64,000 bases of DNA from Ministeria vibrans ATCC 50519 (Eukaryota; Protista; Filasterea). Where the stretch lies: positions 1 through 64,000 of the forward strand of contig CALSCP010002159.1 in assembly GCA_943704425.1 (NCBI GenBank), read 5' to 3'. The translations under genes were made by a program, and so were the position numbers. The notes under the pieces are model-generated. The model saw nothing but the letters and a program-made list of their open reading frames with translations, had not been told where the DNA came from and searched no databases. Shown in pieces: positions 54,351 to 64,000 of the stretch. Position 1 is the first letter of the stretch, and the number at the start of each line of letters is the position of its first letter.

Positions 54351-55061
54351 ATGCCCCACCCAGTGGGAACCAACCAACGCGGAGCCGTGTTCGCTGCCCA
54401 GTCGCAGCAGAACCGCTCTGGCCGGAAAACACGTCGCGGTGTTCGTCGCGTCACTGCTCGCGCTGCGTCGCGAGTTTCCGCACCCCTCCTGCAAGACCCA
54501 GTCGCCTTTCCACCACTTGTGCCACAGGAAGCGACACCGGCACCGTCCGTGCCGTCGATTGCCTCCAGTTCGTTTGCGGCTGCCGTTGCCCGCGCACCTG
54601 TGCGTCCGTCGTACTTGACGGCCGTCCAGCGCCCTGCCCGCGCCAAGTTCGTCGATGTCTTTGGAATCAAGCTGCTGAAGACCCACCACGAGCGTGTGGC
54701 GATCCGTTCTGCCGCACAGCGGCCCACAATGAGCGCGAGACGCGTCGAAAGGAATGCGACGCAAGCAACGCGCAAGGCGCTGATGCAATTGCCGGCGACT
54801 GTCATCCAACCCCGACCAGCGCCACTGCGCCGTCGCTCGCCCCGTGCCATCGCCACCCTTGTCCAGCGTTCTCGCTACCAGCGCCTGTCCAGCGTCCGTC
54901 GCTCGCTCAAGCGCGCCACCCTTGCCTCGGGCGAACAGCCGCTCGTGCGCCGTCAGCGTCTCTTTGCGCTGCTCCACCGGCCCTCCAAGTCGACCCTTCT
55001 CTCGCCGCTGTGGGCGTCGCTTCATCGCCACCTCTGGACTACTCCAGTGCACCACCAATAA
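54351..55061 (+). CDS. Hypothetical Arg-rich basic protein, intronless
   Basis: 236-codon GC-rich ORF flanked by AT-rich spacers; no family recognised. Confidence 0.5.
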   Translation: MPHPVGTNQRGAVFAAQSQQNRSGRKTRRGVRRVTARAASRVSAPLLQDPVAFPPLVPQEATPAPSVPSIASSSFAAAVARAPVRPSYLTAVQRPARAKFVDVFGIKLLKTHHERVAIRSAAQRPTMSARRVERNATQATRKALMQLPATVIQPRPAPLRRRSPRAIATLVQRSRYQRLSSVRRSLKRATLASGEQPLVRRQRLFALLHRPSKSTLLSPLWASLHRHLWTTPVHHQ

Positions 55062-55138
55062 CTTGCCATATACATCGCACACACTCCAACAGAAAAAAAC
55101 AAAAAAAAAACAACAATAATAAGAATCAAAATATAATA

Positions 55139-56164
55139 ATGGATTCCGCACTCAAACCCACACTTGAAGATGTCACGACGCTCCTCGCGAACGGTACGAC
55201 CCTTTTTTGCAACTGAAGAACTGTACACCCAATCAAGCACTGACACTGCTCTATATGTCTCTCCCCCCCCCGTTAGGCAATTGCGTTCCCGTGTTCAGCA
55301 CCATCTTCCTTGACCTTCTTACGCCCGTCAGTGCGTACCTGAAACTGGCACAAAACGAACCGTACTCGTTCCTCTTTGAGTCGGTTGCGTCCGGCGAAAA
55401 GCTCGGGCGATTCTCGTTCCTGGGCATTACGGACGAGACACTGCGCGTCGGCGACAACGAGCAGCACACGGGCGATCCGCTTGTCTACATTGAAGAGTAC
55501 GTCTCGCGCGTGCGCTATGTGCGCGTTGAAGGATTGCCCGACTTTACCGGAGGTGCCGTGGGGTTCATTGCGTACGACGCAGTGCGTCATTTTGAGCCAC
55601 ACTGTGCGCGTCGAGAGCGCCTCGACGACTCGATGGAGTTCCTTCCCGAGGCCATGTTTCTCTTCTGCGATTCGCTCGTGGTCTTTGACCATCTCCACCA
55701 CGTTGCCAAAGTCGTCGCGCACGTGCGACTTGATGGCGCCGGGCCCTTTGCCTCTGACGCAGTTGCCCAGGCGTACGCGCATGCCGCCGAGCGCATTGAA
55801 AGCCTCACGCAGCGACTGGAGAGCGCCGCGCCGGTCCCTCTGCCGCCTCAGGGGCCAATTACGCTGGGCCGTGAGTACACCAGCAACATTGGCGCGGAGG
55901 GCTACAAGCAGTTTGTGCGAACACTCAAGGAGCACATTGTTGCAGGGGACATCATCCAGGCGGTACCGAGCCAGCGCGTGCGCCGCCCCACCGACCTGCA
56001 CCCATTCAACATGTACCGCCACCTGCGTTCCATTAATCCTTCTCCCTACATGTTCTACGTCCACATGGGCGACTTCCAGCTCATCGGCGCCTCCCCAGAG
56101 TGTCTCGCTAAAGTTGTCGACGGCAAAGTCACGACCTTTCCCATTGCCGGCACGCGCAAGCGAG
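55139..56164 (+). CDS. TRP2: Anthranilate synthase component I, 3'-truncated at (TG)n
   Basis: DLLTPVSAYLKL, SFLFESV..GEKLGRFSF, FTGGAVGFIAYD, GDIIQAVPSQR, YRHLRSINPSPYMFY, IGASPE, PIAGTRKRG. Confidence 0.95.
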
Positions 56165-56188
56165 GTACGGTCATCTATAGTACAATTA

Positions 56189-56280
<92 letters not shown>

Positions 56281-56291
56281 CGTCTGTGTAG

Positions 56292-57106
56292 CCTCACTCA
56301 GTTGATTCTGACGGGCAATGGAATCGCTTCTCTTTCCTTTCCCACCGACTTCCCCGAAATTACTTCGCTCACTCTCACGCGCAACCAACTCTCCTCTGTA
56401 CGTGACGTGGAGAGGATAAAGCGAGCGCGCGCCACGTGTTTTTAACATACGATTGTTTTGATTAGTGGTCGGATGTGAATGCACTCTGCGCATTGCCAAA
56501 ACTGACACGATTGCGAATGAGTGACAATCCCATCCTGCAAAGTAAAAACGTCAAACTACCCTACGCAATGTTTTATGAATGGTTTGTGTGATAGGTGGCC
56601 GACCTGAGGACATTCGAGAGGAAGTGATTGCGCGTGTGGGGACACTGACTGTGTTGAATGGAACGACAATTACGGAGCGGGAACGAAGAGACTCTGAAAT
56701 GGACTATTTGGCGCGACGGTATTGGGAAGGGAGTACAATGAGTGAAGAAGAGCGACGCAAGGCACACCCACGGATGGATGAGCTTGTGCGGGCGCATGGG
56801 GAGCCGGTGGGGCGTGGTGGCGGTGGCGGTGGTGTTGGAGGTGATGGGGGTGAGAGCAGTGCGTTGAAAGGGCGGTTGATACCTGTGGTGGTACGCTGTG
56901 CGGGCACTGCAGACCGACTTAAGAAGCTCCCGCGCACACTGACGGTCGGGCGATTGAGGGCAATGGTACAGCGGCTGGTCAATGCGAAGAATGGCAGTGG
57001 TGGGATTGTGATGCGTGTGGGGCAGGTCGTTCTGGATGATGATCTGCGAGACTTGTCGTTCTACTCCATTGAGGACAATGACATTCTTCAAGTGGACATA
57101 TTGTAA
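56292..57106 (+). CDS. TBCE: 3' fragment of tubulin-folding cofactor E (LRR and ubiquitin-like)
   Basis: LRRs (LTQLILTGNGI, LRMSDNP), REEVIARVGTLTVLNGTTITERERRDSEMDYL, and a UBL ending LDDDLRDLSFYSIEDNDILQV. Confidence 0.85.
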
Positions 57107-57169
57107 AACATGAATAATAAGAACAATAAAAATAATTATCAACCATCACAAGTGTACAATGCACAATAA

Positions 57170-58681
57170 TTAGTGCGTCTTTTTGGAGTCGATGGGCTCC
57201 ATAGCGGCAATACGCTCGACGAGAGTCGGATGGCTGAAGTGGTATGCAGCGTAGAGTGGATCAGGATCCATGGTGGACAGATTAGACTTTTGGAGTTTGA
57301 TGAGAGCAGCGGTGAGAGGAACGCGACGACCGAGATCCGCGGCGTACGCATCGGCCTGAAACTCAAAGGCACGCGTGAGGCGCGTGATAAGGAGGCCCAG
57401 CACATGTGAGAGGGGCGAGAGGACAAGCTGAAGGATGAGGATAAGGGCAAGCAGGACGGGTGCGTGCGGGGTCGTGGGCACGCCAAAGGACGAGTAAAGC
57501 GACGCGTTGTGTTGGAGTTGTGCAAAGATGTAAAAGTAGGCGAGCTGCAAAAATGAAAAATTGAGAAAACAGAGAGGTAAATGAAAAGTCGTGTGCATGC
57601 TAAACTGTGTGAGGGTCCTTACCCAAACAAATTGCTGAAGAAGGAACATTTTGCGGGTGTGCGAGAGAGCCCAGTGGCCAAACTCGTGGGCAAGAACGGC
57701 AACGACCTCTTCGTCAGAGCAGCGCGTCTGTTCGGCGTCGGAGGTGTCTGCGAGGGAGGCGTCGATAGCCTCGCTCGCGTCCGGGTGGGCTTCTTTGAGG
57801 GCGGCCAGGACGGAGGGGCGCAGGAGCGTGTCAAAGAGCACAATACGCTTGGCCTTGCCAAAGCCGTAGAGGTAGGCGTTGGAGTGTGAGGAGCGTCGGG
57901 AAGCCAGCACGACGTAGAGGGCGCGCAAGGGAAACGAGACGGACGCCGCCAACTGTTCAATGGCGGCGCGCAGTGGTGAGGGAGGCATGTCAACGTAGCG
58001 GTCAAAGAGAGGCGCGATGAGGTTGGGGTACACAATGAGCATGAAGAGGGAGAAGAGCATGACGAACAGCCACAGGTAGAGCGCAAAGTAGTCGCCGCCC
58101 CACAACACAATGGAGATGAGTGCAGCAATCAGAGGAAAGCCGATGAGGACGGTGAGGAGCCAGGAGAGGAGGGTGTCGCGCACAAACAGGGCGAGGGTCA
58201 TTTTGTTGAACCCATGGCGTGCCTCGAGCACAAAGGTGGAGTACAGACTGAAGGGAGCGCCTGTCACCGTTGAGAAGACGGTCGTGGCGGCGAGAAAGAC
58301 GCAGCTGACGGCGATTTCGCGAGACGGATAGGCGTAATGGTCGTCCACTAGGTCGTTGGACCACGACCAGAGCAAGGGGATGGCGCCGTACACGAGAAGG
58401 GCGGTCGTCTCGATCGTCGAGTACAGTTGACGAATGATGCCAAAGCGAAGTTTGTCGCCGCTGTAAGCCTAAATGGACAACGAGAGGTAGAGGTGAACAG
58501 ACACACACACACATATATATACACCTACCTGGGCCTTGCGGAAGGTCTCCTGGTCGACGATGCCGGTGAGGGCGGTAGTGACCGTTTGACGTCGACAACG
58601 TCGCAGCTGACGGAAATCGAGGTAGGCCTCGAAGAGGTAGACGAGCCACTGGAAGGCAATGATGAGCTCGAGCCACATCAT
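57170..58681 (-). CDS. STE24: CAAX prenyl protease 1 (peptidase M48)
   Basis: FEAYLDFRQ, YSTFVLEARHGFNK, ASRRSSHSNAYLYG, RIVLFDTL, VLAHEFGHW (HExxH), FEFQADAYA, YHFSHPTLVERI. Confidence 0.95.
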
Positions 58682-58776
58682 GAGGCAATACCAACTAACT
58701 AAATTTGTTATTATTTTGATTTGAATTAATCACAATGATGATTATTGATTAATTATTACGTCTCTTAGGTTATATC

Positions 58777-59473
58777 TTAATTTGATACAGAACAATACAC
58801 TTGCTTCCCAGCCGCAAAAGTCGCTCTGACATTCAAATCGTCGTCCACAAGCACAAAATCCGCATGAGAGCCATCGAGAAGTGCGCCACGCTCAGGAAAC
58901 ACACCCAAGACGCGCGCAGGATGCACCGACGCACACACGAGTGCCTCGGCTGTCGAACATGATGCGTACAGTCGCAGCTTTCGCACACACTCAATCATGG
59001 TCGCAATGCTAAGAGTAACAATGCAACAACAACAACAACAACAACACGCGTGATCAATGATGACCTTTTTGGTTCCTGTGTTACCTTCCGGCGAGCGTTC
59101 CGTTATGACTCAGAGTCGCTTTGTGCGTCTCAGTGTCGATTTCAATTTCCATTTCGCCCAATTTGTACGAGCCACTCGACAGCCCCATTGCGCAAATGGC
59201 ATCAGTAATCAATACACACCCTAGAAATGGAAAACAATGAAAAAAAAACAGTGGTGGAGAGGCAGACAGATATAGACAGACAGAGACAGACAGACAGAAA
59301 CAGACAGACAGAAACAGACAGACAGAAACAGACAGACAGAGACAGACAGACAGACAGACAGAGACAGACATACAGAAACAGACAGACAGAGACAGACATA
59401 CAGAAACAGACAGACAGAGACAAACAGAGACAAACAGAGACAGACAGAGACAGACAAACAGAGAGAGAGAGAC

Positions 59474-59555
<82 letters not shown>

Positions 59556-60835
59556 AGGGAGAGAGAGATAAACGAGACAGACAGAGGCAAGGGAACGAAG
59601 GAAGATAGAAATGTTACCCTCTGAGTTTGTTCTGTATGCAATTTTGACTGCGGCGGGGTGTGTGTGGACGCCATCGACGATGATAGAGTAGTGAACTGCA
59701 CGGTCGGCAGGCGCAAGCAATCCAATGAGACCCGGGTCACGATGGTGAAACTGGAAAGAGAGAGACAAATAAAACAAACGTTTTTTAAAAAAAAACACGA
59801 GCCACCATGAGATACGCTTCTTTTTCTCCCCTTGGTCCTTACTGGAAGCATTGCGTTAAAAAGATGTGTGATGTAGCGACAGCCAACGTTCCAGGCGGCC
59901 TCCGCTTCGTGCACATGCGCATTGGAATGCCCTGCGGACACCACAATGCCTGACGCACACAGTGCTGGAATGGTCGCCAGGGCGCCACTCAGCTCAGGCG
60001 CAATCGTCATGATCTAATTCTCAATGTTAGTAACACGGGCGCATCAACATGTTCGTACTTTAACGTTTTCCAGGTCGTTGCCCAAGACGTCTCGGACTGT
60101 GTCCATGCCGCCCTCGAGTGATTTTCGCATGTACGCTTCCTTGTGCGCCCCTTTGACTGCAATGAAAGGCCCTTCGATGTGTGCTCCTGTACCAAAAAGA
60201 GGAAAGGCATAAGGCACGTGGTATAGATGGGCGTGCAATCGACGTGCACGACTCGCTGACCTAACGTGGCGGCGCCTTCGTCGGTTGCCGGCAGCAACGC
60301 AAGAGACGGAATAACCTGCGATCACAAAGCAAGTCGAACGTGTGCCGTGGGATTGTCTGCATCTCACCTTGCGATAGACCTCAGGCGTGCTCGTCACCAT
60401 CGTCGGACAGAAGCTCGTGACGCCGTGCGAGTAGAGCAGTTTTCCGACCTTGCGCAGTCCCTGATGAACTTGTCGCTCGTCGGCAGGCGTCGAGAAGTCC
60501 ACGCCCACCGCCCCGTTGATTTGCACGTCGATGAAGCCCGGACAGAGGATCAAGCCTTCGCAGTCAACGCGTACGTCGGGCTAGGCACGTCGGATGGCGC
60601 ACAGGAGAGTCGGATGAAGTCGTGATTGTGATTTTTGCAGTACCATCCGTTTCTCCGTGTAGAACAACTGCCGTGCGTCGACGACTCGCCCGTTTCGCAT
60701 AAAAAGGTCTTCTCGAACAAACTCGTGAGGAGGCGTGACGGTCCGAAGAAGACGACAGTTTCGCAGTTGGACGACCGACTGCTCGTCAAGTTGGGCCAGC
60801 AGTGCCTTGGCCTCGTGCCACACAACGCTCGCCAT
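58777..60835 (-). CDS. AMDHD2: N-acetylglucosamine-6-phosphate deacetylase
   Basis: [78 protein letters not shown]. Confidence 0.95.
59258..59560. repeat. Intronic (CAGA)n/(AG)n compound microsatellite
   Basis: Directly visible. Confidence 0.9.
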
Positions 60836-60991
60836 GCTGAAGATAAGGAAAGATGAGTGATCACTGCTCAGTGAAGAATGAAGCACTTTGACTAGTGGTG
60901 TGTTCACTATTCAGTTGATGGGATCTGGGATTCCTAATTCGATCTGTGCGATATTTTAATTTTTAATAATTTAGAATAGAACGTTGTATTG

Positions 60992-61764
60992 ATGCTCTCA
61001 GTATTGCCCAGAAGCCCCCAATGGGTTGTGCCTTGGGTGGCGGGCCAGCTGCGAGCGCGCAGACGAACAGGAAAGGCCAAGACGGCTCCCGTGAGCAAAC
61101 GTCACACCGCGTCGAAAATCGCACCTCTCGCGCCTCTCCCCGGCACGTCCGACGTCATGTGTCGTCTCAAACAACACATGGAGGCGTCGGAGAAGCCGGT
61201 CGCGCTCGAGAACAGCCGTCCGCCGACTCGTACGGTGTTGTGGTCGGGCGTCGCCTGTTTTGCGTCGATGAGTGCGCTCAGCCTGGCCTTCCACTCGCTG
61301 CCCGAGTCCGAAGCACTCATCATGCTGGGTTCAATGGGCGCCTCGGCTGCGCTGATTGGCGCCGCGCCGTCGGTACGCACAATTGGAACACATAAGTTCG
61401 CTCAAAAAGTCCCTTTGTTGTGTTACAGTTGGACGTCTCACAGCCACGCAATGTGATCGCTGGGCACACCATGAGTACGCTCATTGGTCTGGGGTGGCAT
61501 GCCATTCTGACGGAGCCACTCCAGAACTGGTGCATTGCCGGTCCCATTGCCGTGTCCACCGCCACTGTGGCTATGCTGCTCACGCGCACCATGCACCCTC
61601 CGGCGGGCGGCACAGCCCTTATGGCCGCCATGGGCACCACCCAGTTGCAGCACCTCGGCGCGGCATGTCTAATGCCGGTGGTTGCGTCGTCGGTGTGTCT
61701 TGTTCTGGCCGGCACCGCAGTGAATCGGTCGCTGGGTCGGAGGTATCCCAAGTATTGGTGGTAG
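60992..61764 (+). CDS. HPP-family membrane protein (nitrite-transporter-like) with N-terminal extension
   Basis: GSMGASAALIGAAPS|LDVSQPRNVIAGH, MLLTRTMHPPAGGTAL, C-terminal RRYPKYWW. Confidence 0.9.
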
Positions 61765-62017
61765 GGTGAGACGGAAGAATTGCCACAGCAGACATATGTA
61801 ATCATTTCCATGAATGCACATTGTACACATATTACGGAGTACTCAGTAGAGACTAATGACTGCTGGCCAGTGAGCAGTCACTAGTCAGTAAAGACGGTGA
61901 TGATAGACTGATGGTGAGTAGTGATTGTGAGAAATGTGCAAAGCGTGAGATTTATTCGTAGCGATTACAGGCGATCACTGATCACTCTCGACACTCTGTT
62001 TGACTACTCTATTAACT

Positions 62018-62813
62018 ATGTCTGACTATACTACTCTTCGCGCCGAGTTGTTGACGGCCGAGCGCGCTCACTTGCAGGAGAGCGAGCGACTTGCCGCTCT
62101 GCGTCGGAAGCTTCCTTTGCAGAAAACCAAACGCGAATACACGGTACCATGTGTGTATGTGTGCGTGCGGGCATGTGCCTATCACTCCCATGGTCTCTGA
62201 TTCACCCTTTCAATGGTTGAGAGGTGCGCAATCGGTCGATTGCCGCAATTGTGAAATGGTGTTTGCTTTGCTTGTTTTGTTTTTGTTTTTGTTGTCTCCA
62301 CATTCACATCATTCACGGTGCTGTTTGTCTGTACGCACGGAATCACACGTGGAAAATCAACCCCCATTACTCATTAGTTCAAGAACGAGGCGGGGGAATC
62401 GGTGGAGTTGGCCGGACTGTTTCTGGACACAACGAAACCACTGATCGTCATCCACAACATGGGCAAATGCCCCCTGTGTGCGATGTGGGCGGACACGTAC
62501 GCCAACGACGGTCGAAAGAGCCCGCTTATCCACTTCTTATCCACGCAGGTACAACGCTGCGGTTGCCCACCTGCTTCCGTCGGCGAATGTCGCTCTGACA
62601 AGTGAGACGGAGATGGCGTCGCTGCAAGAGCTCAAGCGCACGCGCGGCTGGACCAATCTGCGCCTGCACGAGTGTGTTGGCAAGGACTTTAACTCGGATA
62701 TGGGTATACAGTTTCCGTCTAACGAGCAGGGACCAGGCATTAGTGTGTTTGTCCTGGTCAACGGCAAAGGTGAGAACACCCTCCCACACACACACACACA
62801 CACATACACACAT

Positions 62814-62850
<37 letters not shown>

Positions 62851-62854
62851 GACA

Positions 62855-62890
<36 letters not shown>

Positions 62891-63164
62891 CCTCACTTTC
62901 GTTTTTCTTCTTCCTCCGTCAGTGCATCACCACTACTCAACCGTGCTGTTTGGTCAGTGTCAGCCCGTCGACGAGAATCCCGTCGGTCCTGGTCGGGGTA
63001 TTGACCCTTATTCGCCAGGTCAGCACTCCCGCCTCCCTTCTTTTTATTCTGTTCGGCTCATACTTGCCTCCTTTCTCTTTCTCTGCGTTGTAGTGTGGCA
63101 ACTGTTGGACCTTCTTCCAAAGGGACGTGGGGAGTTTGATCCGAAATTTTCCTATGACGCATAA
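62018..63164 (+). CDS. DUF899 thioredoxin-like protein (bacterial family), intron-containing
   Basis: RAELLTAER...[71 protein letters not shown]. Confidence 0.85.
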
Positions 63165-63196
63165 ACAATTAATACACATAACGTTTTTATTTTCAA

Positions 63197-63950
63197 TCAT
63201 TTGTTTTGCTCCTCCTGCTGCTGCTGGGGCTGTTGACGTCGCTGAGCTCGAGTGAGTGGTACAGTGGAAGAGGGAGGAGAGTCGGCGAGAAGAGCAATGA
63301 CAGCAGAGCGGAGGAGAGGCGGGGTAAAGAGGGAGGAGGGGAGGGCGAAGGAGTGGGAGGGAGGAAGGACAGGCAGGGAGGGGTGGAAGGGGCGGTGGAG
63401 GCAGAGCAGGCGGGCAAAAAGGGCACGGCACGACGGGAGGATGCGACCGGGAGACTGCGGGTAGTTAAGCAGAGCAGAGGGCATGGGGGGCGGTGGAGGG
63501 GCGTCCACCATGAGCTGCCGTAGACATGCTGTAGCGCATGCGGCCACCACAGGGGCGTTGTAGCCGCCCTCAAGCGCAAGCACAACGCGTGAGTGCACGT
63601 GCGTCACCAGCGCATGCGTTAGGTGTGCATATCCCTCGGGCGTCACTCGGTACCCGCCCAGCTGGTCCCCGTGCGCCGCATCATACCCCGCACTCACAAA
63701 CACCATGTCTGGCCCAAATCCCCGTGCAATAGGCACAACCACATGGGCCATGCAACTCGCATACTCTGCATCGCTCATCCCCTTGCTTCCGTAAAACGGC
63801 ACATTCACAATGTTCCCCCAAGCGCCCGTCTCCTCCGCAAATCCCGTAAACGGATAAAACTTCCCTTTGTCTCCTCGGTGCAACGACACAAATAAAATCC
63901 GCTTGTCGCTCTCGACCAGTTCCTGCGTTCCATTTCCATGGTGTACATCC
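63197..63950 (-). CDS. Class II histone deacetylase, 3' part
   Basis: DVHHGNGTQ, SLHR..FYP.TG, NIVNVPF, PDMVFVSAGYDAAHGDQLGG, LALEGGYN. Continues past the gap and window end. Confidence 0.93.
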
Positions 63951-64000
63951 TGCCAAAAAAAAANNNNNNNNNNAAAAAAAAAAAGAGCGCAATAATTGTT

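Noticed and set aside
55139-57106. TRP2-TBCE as a genuine fusion protein
   Set aside because: Both halves are incomplete and the junction is a long (TG)n tract, like the other breakpoints.

Overview
Gene-dense, intron-rich eukaryotic DNA. It has short GT-AG introns, many (AG)n/(TG)n tracts, intergenic gaps often under 250 bp and four N-gaps. A unicellular holozoan, most like a choanoflagellate, is inferred from gene content and style: receptor kinase, HPS5, DET1, SRA1 and eEF2K occur alongside anthranilate synthase. About 33 protein genes or gene fragments can be recognised. Several genes break off exactly at microsatellite tracts and an unrelated gene fragment continues (SEC63/CEBPZ/PDAT, kinesin/BAZ1, RPL44/hydrolase, Erv2/PX, TRP2/TBCE), which most likely reflects repeat-mediated mis-assembly. 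The most interesting candidates are: (1) an intronless pseudo-G-alpha that keeps the N-terminal helix and C-terminal receptor-contact helix but lacks the helical domain and all nucleotide-binding motifs; (2) just downstream, a ~320-nt element with a closing helix and 7-8 back-to-back hairpins (candidate unannotated structured RNA); (3) an in-exon fusion of an ERI1-type DEDDh exonuclease to an E. coli TatD-type nuclease; (4) a YHS-F-box-SMI1-like protein; (5) bacterial-type genes (caspase-like protease, DUF899, HPP, alpha/beta hydrolase); (6) a recurrent intronic AAACAAAGTGATAGAG motif. All calls come from motif recognition by eye; no searches were run. Exon boundaries are approximate.
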